A stretch of 64,000 bases of DNA, from positions 1-64,000 of the IMG/VR virus record IMGVR_UViG_2934543808_000001, one strand, 5' to 3'. Positions 47,285 to 56,043 of the stretch are shown here, piece after piece. This stretch comes from a virus (taxonomy: Duplodnaviria; Caudoviricetes). Position 1 is the stretch's first letter. Every line of letters begins with the position of its first letter. The position numbers and the translations under genes were made by a program. The notes under the pieces were generated by a model. That model saw only the letters and a list, made by a program, of their open reading frames with translations. It was not told where the DNA came from and did no database searches.

Positions 47285-47905
47285 GTGACCGTGACCAGTC
47301 TCCCCGTGTCCGCGCTTCCGTACATCCCGTCCGCGTTCTCCCCGGGCGACCGCCTCGACTTCGCGGGCGACTTCGCCACCCGTGACGACAAGGGCCGCTG
47401 GATATGCGAGCGGCCGGAGTGCGCCCACGGCCTCACGGACTCGGACGTGCGGCGCCTGTACACCGACACGGAGACCCTGACCCGGTTCGGCCTGCCGCTG
47501 CTCGCCCCGGGGGAGGTCTCGGACGACGAGCCGCTTCCCGGCCGTGCGGTCGCCCCGGGAGAAGCGCCGTTCGAGCGGGACCGGCCGTACCTGGTGTGCG
47601 GCAACCTGCTGGGCTACTTCCACCCCATCACCGAGATGGACCCGGGCCCGTGGGGGACCGCCCAGGGTGCGGCGACGTTCAACGGCCCCAAGCGCCCGGG
47701 GGAGCACGAGATGACGCTTACGGCCACGGGCGTGGTGTGGGTCCGTACGCCGTCGCGGTTCGGTGGCCACCTGGTCACGTACGCGTTCATCCCGGCCGAG
47801 CTGCCGTCCGGTGACGACCTGGTGGACCTGATGTCGGTCGCCGTACTCCGCGCCGCCTTCCCCGCCGACGCCTACGCGCCGCGCGTTCCCCGCCACGCGT
47901 TCTGA
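47285..47905 (+). CDS. Hypothetical protein
   Basis: GGAG RBS. Confidence 0.65.
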   Translation: MTVTSLPVSALPYIPSAFSPGDRLDFAGDFATRDDKGRWICERPECAHGLTDSDVRRLYTDTETLTRFGLPLLAPGEVSDDEPLPGRAVAPGEAPFERDRPYLVCGNLLGYFHPITEMDPGPWGTAQGAATFNGPKRPGEHEMTLTATGVVWVRTPSRFGGHLVTYAFIPAELPSGDDLVDLMSVAVLRAAFPADAYAPRVPRHAF

Positions 47906-47993
47906 CCCCGTTCCCCGGCGGGGCGTACTGCCCGCGTGCGCCCCCGCCGGCCCGCTCCCCTTCCTGCCCGCTGACTCCCGGAGGACTCCCGCC

Positions 47994-48791
47994 ATGACCA
48001 CCGCCGTCGCCACCGACTACCGCACGCCCCTGATGACCTTCCGCGCCGCCGTACACCGTGTCCGGCAGTCTCCGGAGCCGTCGACCCTCGCGGAGCTGTC
48101 CCGCGCCGCCCTGGCGCTCCCTGGGGGCCCGCGCGGCACGGTCACGGACGACGAGAAGTACGTGGGCCTGCTCCGGACCCTGGAGTTCGCCGAGGAGTCG
48201 CAGGTCTTCCCCCGCATCGACCACATGGTGACCACCGTGGGAGACCTCGCCCGGATGACGCCGAGCTGGTTCCGCCCGCACGAGCCGGAGGGTACGGCGG
48301 ACGTGGTCCGGCTCCTGGCCATGTGCCACGAGCGGCAGCCCGACATGGAGTCCAGCCCGTTGAGCCCGTGGACCCGCGCGGCCGAGGCGGGGACGCGACT
48401 GCTCGGAATCATGCTGCGGCGGACGGACGCGCGGCCGGCCGAGGCCCTGATGGTGCGCACCGCCGAGGAGTTCGCCGCGCGGATGCGGACCGCCGTCGCT
48501 CACGCTGCGGTCGCCACGGCCACCCACTTCGCGGAGTACGCCGCGCGGGCCTACGGCCTGTTCCCCATCGGAGGCCGCATCGCCCGGATGAACGGCGGCT
48601 ACGTCGAGTGGTCCCGGGTCTTCGGCACGCGCCGGTACACCTTCGAGCTGGTCGAAGGCGGGTGGCTCGAAGGCTTCCCCCACGGGCGCGTGACCGTCCG
48701 CCGGACCGGTTCGTACGAGGTCTTCCGCACGTTCGCGCTGACCGCCCGTACCCGGCGCAAGGACACCGACCGCTTCACCGCCTCCCTGTGA
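47994..48791 (+). CDS. Hypothetical protein (tandem paralog A)
   Basis: YGLF.IG...R.FGT...FE...EG.P.G.V.VRRT. Confidence 0.7.
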   Translation: MTTAVATDYRTPLMTFRAAVHRVRQSPEPSTLAELSRAALALPGGPRGTVTDDEKYVGLLRTLEFAEESQVFPRIDHMVTTVGDLARMTPSWFRPHEPEGTADVVRLLAMCHERQPDMESSPLSPWTRAAEAGTRLLGIMLRRTDARPAEALMVRTAEEFAARMRTAVAHAAVATATHFAEYAARAYGLFPIGGRIARMNGGYVEWSRVFGTRRYTFELVEGGWLEGFPHGRVTVRRTGSYEVFRTFALTARTRRKDTDRFTASL

Positions 48792-48877
48792 TCCGCCCGG
48801 CGGGGGCGTGCGCTCCGTGCGCCCCCGCCGGCCCCCACACCCCCTCTCCCATCCCTGAGCCCATGGAGGACTCGACC

Positions 48878-49693
48878 ATGAACACCGACGTCACCACCGC
48901 CGTACAGGGGTCCGTCACCGCCGCCATGCGGGAGCTGCTGACCGCCGGGCAAGAAGCCGTGCGCGCCGCCGAGCACCGCGGCTCCCCGGAAACCGTCGCC
49001 GGGCTGGACAAGGCGCTGTGCGCGCTGCCGCTCCTCGACATGGACGACCAGGCCCACCGCATCCTGAACCACGCGCTGACGGTCGTGACGCGGGCCGAAG
49101 ACGCCGACGAGTGGACGCTTCTGGCCGACGTGGAGCACGCCGTGTCCCGCCTGATGCACGAGCCGGACGGGGCGACGCTCGAACACCCGGCAGTGCTCGC
49201 CGTGGGCAATCTCGCGATGCGGTGCAGCACCCGTGAGAGAGAGACGGGCATGGCCGTGGGGCGGGCGTGGAGCCGGGGCTACATGGCTGGCATGGAGGCC
49301 CTGCGCATGGTGACGGGCGCCATCTATGGCGAGCGGGACGGCCGCGCCCTGGACAAGGCCGTGACCGAGTTCCTGACCGCCGTACGGCGCGCGATCCCGT
49401 ACGCGGCCCTGTACGAGACGCGCCGTGCCCTGGTGGAGTTCGCCCGCTCGTACGGACTGTTCGTCATCGGGATGCGGCAGACGCTGCCGCCCGGCCGGTG
49501 GGAGTACGCCCGCCGCATCGGCACCGCCGTCTTCCTGTTCGAGATCGTCCCCCCGCTTGTGGAAGGCCACCCGTACGGCTCGGTCGCTGTCCGGCGCACC
49601 GCCGCCGACGGCACGGCGGGCCCCGTCCGGTACTTCCCGTTCCGCTCCATCGAGGCGCACCACGCCGCGAACGAAGCCCTGTACGTCATCTGA
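48878..49693 (+). CDS. Hypothetical protein (tandem paralog B)
   Basis: YGLFVIG...RRIGT...FE...EGHPYGSVAVRRT. Confidence 0.7.
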   Translation: MNTDVTTAVQGSVTAAMRELLTAGQEAVRAAEHRGSPETVAGLDKALCALPLLDMDDQAHRILNHALTVVTRAEDADEWTLLADVEHAVSRLMHEPDGATLEHPAVLAVGNLAMRCSTRERETGMAVGRAWSRGYMAGMEALRMVTGAIYGERDGRALDKAVTEFLTAVRRAIPYAALYETRRALVEFARSYGLFVIGMRQTLPPGRWEYARRIGTAVFLFEIVPPLVEGHPYGSVAVRRTAADGTAGPVRYFPFRSIEAHHAANEALYVI

Positions 49694-49752
49694 CCGCCCG
49701 CCGGCCGGGGCGTTCCATGCCCACGCCCCGGCCCTGCCCGGAGGGAACTCCC

Positions 49753-50166
49753 GTGCTCTACCTGCCCAAGAAGATTCACGTCTGGTTCGTGCCGCGCGCG
49801 GACCGTGCCCTTCACCAACTGCTCATCGACGCCGACCAGCTCGACGGCACCACCCTGGTGAACGTCCCGCGCGGCCGTGACGGGACTGCGGAGCTGCCGC
49901 GCATCGACGTCCTGGAGCCCGTGCTCCTCGGCTCCAGCTCGGGCCAGTTGCGCCGCCCCAAGGAGTGGGCCGCGAGCACCATCCGCTTCCGCATGGCGAG
50001 CACGAGCGGCGGCGCGCTCCCGGCGCACAGGCTGCGCGAGACGACGCGCGTGCACGAGGTTCCGGCCGCCGAACTCGGCGACATGGCCGAGGTGCTGCGC
50101 CGCGCGGGCAATGAGCAGCGGGTCGTGACCGTGCCCGTGCCGCCGTGGGTCGCCTACGTCCGCTGA
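49753..50166 (+). CDS. Hypothetical protein
   Basis: GGAGGG RBS. Confidence 0.65.
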   Translation: MLYLPKKIHVWFVPRADRALHQLLIDADQLDGTTLVNVPRGRDGTAELPRIDVLEPVLLGSSSGQLRRPKEWAASTIRFRMASTSGGALPAHRLRETTRVHEVPAAELGDMAEVLRRAGNEQRVVTVPVPPWVAYVR

Positions 50167-50296
50167 GCCCCGCCGCCCCGGGGCGCTCGTTCCCCGGGGC
50201 TGGCCCGGCGCTTCCTTCCCTCGGCCGTGCCCGTCACGGCCGTGCGCAGGGCGCACCGTGCCCCCGCCGTATCCGTACTCACTGCTTGGAGACCCC

Positions 50297-50920
50297 GTGT
50301 CCACCATGACCTTGACCGCCCTGGCCGTGCAGCCGGCCGTGTTCCCCCCGCCGTCCGTCCCGGTGGTCTTCACCGACGGCGACCGCTACGAGTGGCCGAC
50401 CGGAGACATCTGGACCCGTACCCGGGGGTGGTGGGTGCCGTCCTCCGCAGGCGACCCGCGCGACGACGGCACCGGGTACTGGACGGACGCGGAGGTGCGC
50501 GCGAGCCTCGGCCGCGCCATCGAGGCGTGGGACGTGCGGAAGATGTTCGTGCCCGCCCGCCCCGCTGATCTGCCGCCCGGCCCGTTCCCGGTGATGCCCA
50601 CCAGCCGGCCCACGTCTCAGTACGTCCTCGACCACCAGGCCGACCGGCTCGTTCCCCTGCGGGACCTCGTCGCCGCGTTCGACGAGGACACCGCGTACGA
50701 CATCCCGGCCGTCCTCACCGCGCAGGAGACGGAGCGGGTGGTGGCGGAGATCATCGCCGATCACGAAGACGTGCGGATGAGCCGTGACGAAGCCGCGGGC
50801 CGCATCTACATCCGCTACCGGCGGCCCAGCGAGTTCGGCATCCTGACGGCCGCCGGTTTCCCCGACCACTACGACGTCGAGTGCCTGCACGTCTTCGTAC
50901 TCACGAACCAGGCGGCGTAG
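50297..50920 (+). CDS. Hypothetical protein
   Basis: GGAGA RBS; high-GC3 codon usage. Confidence 0.65.
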   Translation: MSTMTLTALAVQPAVFPPPSVPVVFTDGDRYEWPTGDIWTRTRGWWVPSSAGDPRDDGTGYWTDAEVRASLGRAIEAWDVRKMFVPARPADLPPGPFPVMPTSRPTSQYVLDHQADRLVPLRDLVAAFDEDTAYDIPAVLTAQETERVVAEIIADHEDVRMSRDEAAGRIYIRYRRPSEFGILTAAGFPDHYDVECLHVFVLTNQAA

Positions 50921-50922
50921 CC

Positions 50923-51216
50923 GTGTCGAACGTGAAGGAGCGCGGCCGGCTCGGGGACATCCTCATGCGGGAGTTCGGCGAGTACGTCCAGGCGCTCATC
51001 GAGGCCGGGCACGACTGGGAAGCCGTCTGGGCCACGGCCGTGTGGCCGCCGGACAGCCAACTGCGCTGGCTGCAAGGCCGGTTCCTACTCGCGCGGGAGT
51101 GCGCGGGCATGGCCAACCACCGCTTCACCGACGACGAGATCACCCAGTTCGGCCGTGAGCGCCTGGCCTACCTCGCGCTCTACCCGGACGGGCCGCCGAG
51201 CCTGATTCATGGGTGA
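50923..51216 (+). CDS. Hypothetical protein
   Basis: Coupled ORF. Confidence 0.6.
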   Translation: MSNVKERGRLGDILMREFGEYVQALIEAGHDWEAVWATAVWPPDSQLRWLQGRFLLARECAGMANHRFTDDEITQFGRERLAYLALYPDGPPSLIHG

Positions 51217-51556
51217 ACGCTCGTGGGCGCGCGCGCAGCTCCTGTTGCGCGCGGACGCCCTCCGGTACGAACTCGCCCGGCGGCTGCGCGGCGCTGTCGA
51301 AGCCGACGGGGCGGTCGAGACCCGGCACGTCCGGGCCGTTGTGACCGTCCACGCGGTGCGCGCCGGCGCGGTGCGGGTGACCGTCCGTCGCCACGACCGC
51401 GCTCGTCCGCCGGTGACCGTCGAGATGCCTGCGGACGGGATCGACGTCCGCGCCCTGGTCGCGGTCGCCCGCGTCGTCTCCCGGACACCGTGGCGGGCCC
51501 TGCTCGCCGCCGTCCGCCCCCGCTTCCCCTTCCCCCTTCGCAGAGATCAGGAGTGA
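51209..51556 (+). CDS. Hypothetical protein
   Basis: Overlapping coupled ORF. Confidence 0.55.
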   Translation: MGERSWARAQLLLRADALRYELARRLRGAVEADGAVETRHVRAVVTVHAVRAGAVRVTVRRHDRARPPVTVEMPADGIDVRALVAVARVVSRTPWRALLAAVRPRFPFPLRRDQE

Positions 51557-51561
51557 TCCTC

Positions 51562-52620
51562 ATGACCAGCACCACCCCGCACGCCATCCGGTCCGTACGG
51601 CTCGCCGCCCGGGTGACGACGCTGCTCGCCAGCATCTTCCCGGAGGCCGGGCCGGACCTGGCCGAGGGCTTCCGCGTCATGTCGCACGACCAGCAGGAGC
51701 CGCGTCGGATGTTCGTCCGCTGGTACGGCGCCGAGCCGCCCCGCCCGATGGCGCTGGGCGTCGTCGCCTACCGGGTGCGGATCGCCGAGGCCCTGACGCG
51801 CGCCGGGTACGCGGTGACGCTGCCTCCGGACGGCTGGGACGTCTATGTGGACGACCGGCCGGTCGACACTTCCGGGCCCCGGTACTCGGTCGTGTCGTCC
51901 AGCCTGCCGTTCGGTGACCAGTGGTTGGTCATGGACCAGTGGACGCGGGTGCACACGGCCACCGCGGCGACCGAGGAGGAAGCGAAGGACGAAGCAGCGC
52001 ACCGCGAGCGGCGGCACGTGCTGACGGACGCCCGGCTCGTCACCGTCTCCGACCCCGACCTGTGGCCGCACCTGGAGCGCGCGGACGAGCTGCTCGGCGA
52101 CGGCCTGACGTGGCTGCGGCAGGAGGTGCACGACGTGACCCGGTACGGGGACCTCGTGGAGCACGAGCGGATAGACGCCCTGGTGCAGACGGCGAACGCG
52201 CTGCGGGCCGGCCGCGAGGTGGCCCAGCAGGGCCGCATGGTGACGTGGCGCGCGCCGGAGCGGTACGAGGTGCGTTGGGTGCCGAAGAGCAGTACCCCGA
52301 CCGTCGGGTACTTCCCCGGGTTCCAGCGGGGCCCGGTGCAGGACGACGCGATTGCGGTGCTGGTCGCGGCGGGGCTGCGCATGGTGGTCTACGGCGAGCC
52401 GATCGGCGAAGGCGCGTGGCAGTGCGAGCAGAACGGCGTGATGGTGACGGCGGCCGAGCCGACCGGCGAGCGGGCCGCCGGGGTGTCCGTGGACGCGATC
52501 GGGCGGGGGATGGAGGAGCAGACGGAGCGCGTGCCGGAGGTGCTGCGCGCGGCCGGCTGGACGGTCGCGGCTGACCGGGGCTGGACCGGTGCGTGGGCGG
52601 CGTTCCCGCCGGCGGGGTAG
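51562..52620 (+). CDS. Hypothetical protein
   Basis: AGGAG RBS. Confidence 0.7.
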   Translation: MTSTTPHAIRSVRLAARVTTLLASIFPEAGPDLAEGFRVMSHDQQEPRRMFVRWYGAEPPRPMALGVVAYRVRIAEALTRAGYAVTLPPDGWDVYVDDRPVDTSGPRYSVVSSSLPFGDQWLVMDQWTRVHTATAATEEEAKDEAAHRERRHVLTDARLVTVSDPDLWPHLERADELLGDGLTWLRQEVHDVTRYGDLVEHERIDALVQTANALRAGREVAQQGRMVTWRAPERYEVRWVPKSSTPTVGYFPGFQRGPVQDDAIAVLVAAGLRMVVYGEPIGEGAWQCEQNGVMVTAAEPTGERAAGVSVDAIGRGMEEQTERVPEVLRAAGWTVAADRGWTGAWAAFPPAG

Positions 52621-52631
52621 TCCAGCAGGGG

Positions 52632-52648
52632 TGTTCCCCGTGGGAACA
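52632..52648. promoter_or_regulatory. Palindrome TGTTCCCcgtGGGAACA (parS-like), repeated at 63153-63168
   Basis: Intergenic; the two sites are a 16-bp exact reverse-complement match. Confidence 0.5.
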
Positions 52649-52683
52649 GTTCGGCCCGGCCGGTCCGGGCCCCTGTCCCCACG

Positions 52684-52747
52684 GCGGACCTGGTGTACAG
52701 TTTTCCTTGTTGGACGGCACGAGCGAGCCGGACAACAAACGCTCCGA
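52684..52747 (+). ncRNA. Conserved leader element, copy 7, with upstream box (52684-52702)
   Basis: Hairpin and AACGCTCCGA identical to copy 3. Confidence 0.82.
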
Positions 52748-52768
52748 ACCAACCCGAAGGGGACAACT

Positions 52769-53581
52769 GTGTCCGCATCCCTGACCACTCACCAGCCGTT
52801 GACGGCCGCCGCCGTCCTGGAGGCCGCGCGTACCGTGCTCGGCGCCGGCTGGATGACGTTCCCCGCCCACAACGGCCACATCGAGGGCAGTATCCGGTCC
52901 CACCAGGGCCACAAGGTCGTGCTGCGCGGCCTGGCCAGCGGCAACGTCTTCGCCGTGGGCCTCCTGCCCAACGGTGTTCGCCGCGAGAGCAGCACCCGCC
53001 CGCAGGCGCACACCGCCGCCGGGTACGGCAGCGCCCTGGGCGACCTGATCAAGAGCACGCTCGTCCCCGCGCACGACGCCGCCAGCCCGACCCTGCGGGC
53101 CCACCGCGCGGTGACCAAGGTCCTGCCCCACCCGGCCCGGACGCACTGGGAGTACGGCACCGTCACGACGACGTGGGCCCTTCCCGGCGGCGGCCGAGGC
53201 GCGCACTGCGCCGAGCCGCGCGCCGACTTCGCCGAGGGCACGCCCGGCGGCCCCGGCACGGACTCCTACGTCCGCTTGACCGGGCTGACGGCCGAGCAGG
53301 CGACCACGGTGCTGCGCGCCCTCCACACGGGCAACCGCGACCCCCGGCAGCACGAGCCCGTGCACGGCGGTCTCGCCCAGCAGATGAAGGCCGCCGCGCC
53401 CGGACTGCGCCCCATCGACACCTACAACTGGCCCCGCCTCGGCGGCCGGTGCACCACGTCGCTGTGCGTGGACAACCGGGTGAAGGTGGAGCTCCACTAC
53501 GGCGCCCGGCCGAACGTGGCGAACATCGTCGTCACCGGCCCGCTGCTGGCCAACCAGCTCAACGCGGTCACCGCCCTCTGA
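52769..53581 (+). CDS. Hypothetical protein
   Basis: GAAGGGG RBS and GTG behind the leader. Confidence 0.7.
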   Translation: MSASLTTHQPLTAAAVLEAARTVLGAGWMTFPAHNGHIEGSIRSHQGHKVVLRGLASGNVFAVGLLPNGVRRESSTRPQAHTAAGYGSALGDLIKSTLVPAHDAASPTLRAHRAVTKVLPHPARTHWEYGTVTTTWALPGGGRGAHCAEPRADFAEGTPGGPGTDSYVRLTGLTAEQATTVLRALHTGNRDPRQHEPVHGGLAQQMKAAAPGLRPIDTYNWPRLGGRCTTSLCVDNRVKVELHYGARPNVANIVVTGPLLANQLNAVTAL

Positions 53582-53631
53582 TCCGTCCGGCCGCCGCGCC
53601 CCGGGGTGCGGCGGCCGGCCTCCCGCCGCGC

Positions 53632-53695
53632 CGGACGCGGTGTACACCCTCCGTTGCAGGTCGGCACGAGCGAGCCGACCCGCGCAACGCTCCGA
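53632..53695 (+). ncRNA. Conserved leader element, copy 8, with upstream box (53632-53646)
   Basis: CGGACGCGGTGTACA, then GCaGGTCGGC-ACGAGCGA-GCCGACCcGC gc AACGCTCCGA. Confidence 0.8.
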
Positions 53696-53711
53696 ACCGA
53701 AGGGGACCCCA

Positions 53712-54701
53712 GTGTCCACGCCCGACTTCCTCGCCAACCTGCCCACCGCCCCCCGCCGTCAGGCCCTGCGCATGCTGGAGCGCACCCGCCTCGCCGAAGC
53801 CGTCGAGTACACCGGGCAGGAACGGACCATCGCCCGCAAGGTCGTGCACCGGCTGAACCAGCAGATCGACGCCACCCGGGCCGAACGGGACAAGCTCAAC
53901 TCCTACAGCCTGCTGTACCCGCCGTCCGAGGAGATCGACGCCCAGCGCGCCCGGCTCACCGAGGAGTACGCCCGGCTCATCCGCGAGCACCGGCACGCCT
54001 CGGCGCTCCGGGCCGCCGCCGACGTCGTCCACGAATCCGCGGTGCTCGAACAGGCGTGGGCCAACCGTCCTGACCCGAGCAAGACCGACGGCCGGCTGTT
54101 CGCCAATGTCCTCTGCCCGCCCGTCGGCCGGTTCGTCAACGCCCCCGGCTACACGGTGACCGTGCTCCACCCCGACCCCCACGTCCGGGACCGTCAGCTC
54201 TGGCGGGAGATGCACCACGGCACGGTGAAGCGCAGCCGCGCCCGCTCGATCCTGGAGAAGTGGGCCGAGCGGGACCAGGCGTACATCCTCCGGGACGCGC
54301 ACGGCCGGTTCTACGTGGCCACGCCCACCCAGCGGCTGGAGCTGGTCCCCACCGACATCGCGCCCCCGCACACCGAGGGAGACGCCCTGCGGGCCGCTCT
54401 CGCCGTCTACGGCTTCCCGGCGTACGACGACACCGAAGGCGGCTTCTCGTGGCTGTCCGTGCCGCTGGAGCAGCACGCCTGCCACGAGGAGACGCACGAC
54501 GGCCCGCACTTCCGGATCTCCTCCGGGGAGCGCGCCGACCGGCCCGCGTCCCAGAACGACGAGCGATGGGGCGCCTCCCTCTACGACGCGCTCGGCGAGC
54601 ACGTCACGACGCTCGACGGCGCGCCCGACGGCTCCACCCTCGCCGAGGACTGCGCGTACATCGCCCGCGCCATCGCCGAGTACGCCCCCGCACAGCTCTG
54701 A
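53712..54701 (+). CDS. Hypothetical protein (N-terminal coiled coil)
   Basis: GAAGGGG RBS; C-terminal domain shared with the next gene. Confidence 0.7.
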   Translation: MSTPDFLANLPTAPRRQALRMLERTRLAEAVEYTGQERTIARKVVHRLNQQIDATRAERDKLNSYSLLYPPSEEIDAQRARLTEEYARLIREHRHASALRAAADVVHESAVLEQAWANRPDPSKTDGRLFANVLCPPVGRFVNAPGYTVTVLHPDPHVRDRQLWREMHHGTVKRSRARSILEKWAERDQAYILRDAHGRFYVATPTQRLELVPTDIAPPHTEGDALRAALAVYGFPAYDDTEGGFSWLSVPLEQHACHEETHDGPHFRISSGERADRPASQNDERWGASLYDALGEHVTTLDGAPDGSTLAEDCAYIARAIAEYAPAQL

Positions 54702-54793
54702 CCCGGAGCGCCACACTGCCCGCCCGCGCCCCGGCACGGGCGGGGAGGTGCGGAACCCCGGTTCCCCCTGTCCCGAACCACCGAGAGGTCACC

Positions 54794-55549
54794 ATGCCCA
54801 CCACCCTCCCCATCGCCCCCGACGACGCGGTGATAGCCGCCTGCAAGGCCATCGGTGTTGCCGCCTTCTTCGACCCCGGGGACCGCGTGGTCTACGCGCA
54901 CCCGACCGACGTACCGCAGTCGGAGGCGCTGAACGGCCTGCACATCATGATTGCCTTCGAGGAGGCGTGGTTCCCCAGCCACGAGGCGCCGCCGGTGCGG
55001 GTGTCCGCCTGGAAGCCGGACGGGTCGCCCGACTTCCACGACCTCGGCACCGTCTACGCCTCGGACGGGGCGTACCCCACCACCGAGGAAGCCGCCCGGT
55101 GCGCACAGGCCGCCGCCGACTGGCTCGCGGGGCGCCTGGCCGGCCTCGTGCTGCTGGAAGCGCTCGCCGAGTACGGCATCACCCCGGGCGACGGCATGTC
55201 CGTCACCTACTCCGGCCACAGCGACACGTACGACGTTCTTCTGCCGCTCCCGCGCGGTGAGTTCGCCCGGCTGGTCGTCGCCGACCGGGACGGCTCCGTC
55301 CGGCACGTCCCTGCCGCGCACACCGGCTGGAGCGTCATGCTGCACGACGAGCGGGGCGACCTGGTCGGGGACCCGGTGTACATCTCCGGCGACGGCACGC
55401 CCCTGGACTGCGCGGAGGACTCGGCCGCCGCCGCGGCGTTCATCGCCGACTTCGTCACCGCCCCCGTCTCCCGGCACTGCGACTGCTACGCCCAGGAGGG
55501 ACACGGGCGGCGCCACGACCGCGAGTGCAACCGGTACCGGCGGCCGTGA
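54794..55549 (+). CDS. Hypothetical protein
   Basis: GAGAGG RBS. Confidence 0.7.
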   Translation: MPTTLPIAPDDAVIAACKAIGVAAFFDPGDRVVYAHPTDVPQSEALNGLHIMIAFEEAWFPSHEAPPVRVSAWKPDGSPDFHDLGTVYASDGAYPTTEEAARCAQAAADWLAGRLAGLVLLEALAEYGITPGDGMSVTYSGHSDTYDVLLPLPRGEFARLVVADRDGSVRHVPAAHTGWSVMLHDERGDLVGDPVYISGDGTPLDCAEDSAAAAAFIADFVTAPVSRHCDCYAQEGHGRRHDRECNRYRRP

Positions 55550-56043
55550 TCGCCCGACTCGCCACCTGGTGGACCGTCGGCGTGGACAGCTTCGCGGGGG
55601 ACAACGGCTACGACGTCGCCGAGGTCCCCCGGGAGCTGATCGGATACGTCACCGCGTCCATCACCGACATCAAGGCGCTCGAAGAGGCCGAAGGGTGGGC
55701 GTACGACGGCGGCATGACCCGCCTCCGGGTCCTCGACGGCCGCGTGCACATGGCGCTCGCCTGGCGCCTGGAGGTCGACCGCGAGGCATGGGCGGCCGTC
55801 CGCGGCCTCGACCCGCACGCCGGCCTCCGCCACGACTTCGCCCAGCACATCGCCCGCGAACTCATCGGCCTGCCCTCCGTGTGCGAGACCGACGCCGCGA
55901 TGACCGCCCGGTACGCCACCGGGCGCGGCACCGTCCACCGCACGTGGACGTGGCAGGACCGCCACCCCGACGCCCGAGGCGACGGACCCCCCATCCACCT
56001 CCCGGCCGTTCCCGGCCGGGTCCACAGGAAGACGAACCCATGA
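55546..56043 (+). CDS. Hypothetical protein
   Basis: GTGA coupling. Confidence 0.6.
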   Translation: MIARLATWWTVGVDSFAGDNGYDVAEVPRELIGYVTASITDIKALEEAEGWAYDGGMTRLRVLDGRVHMALAWRLEVDREAWAAVRGLDPHAGLRHDFAQHIARELIGLPSVCETDAAMTARYATGRGTVHRTWTWQDRHPDARGDGPPIHLPAVPGRVHRKTNP

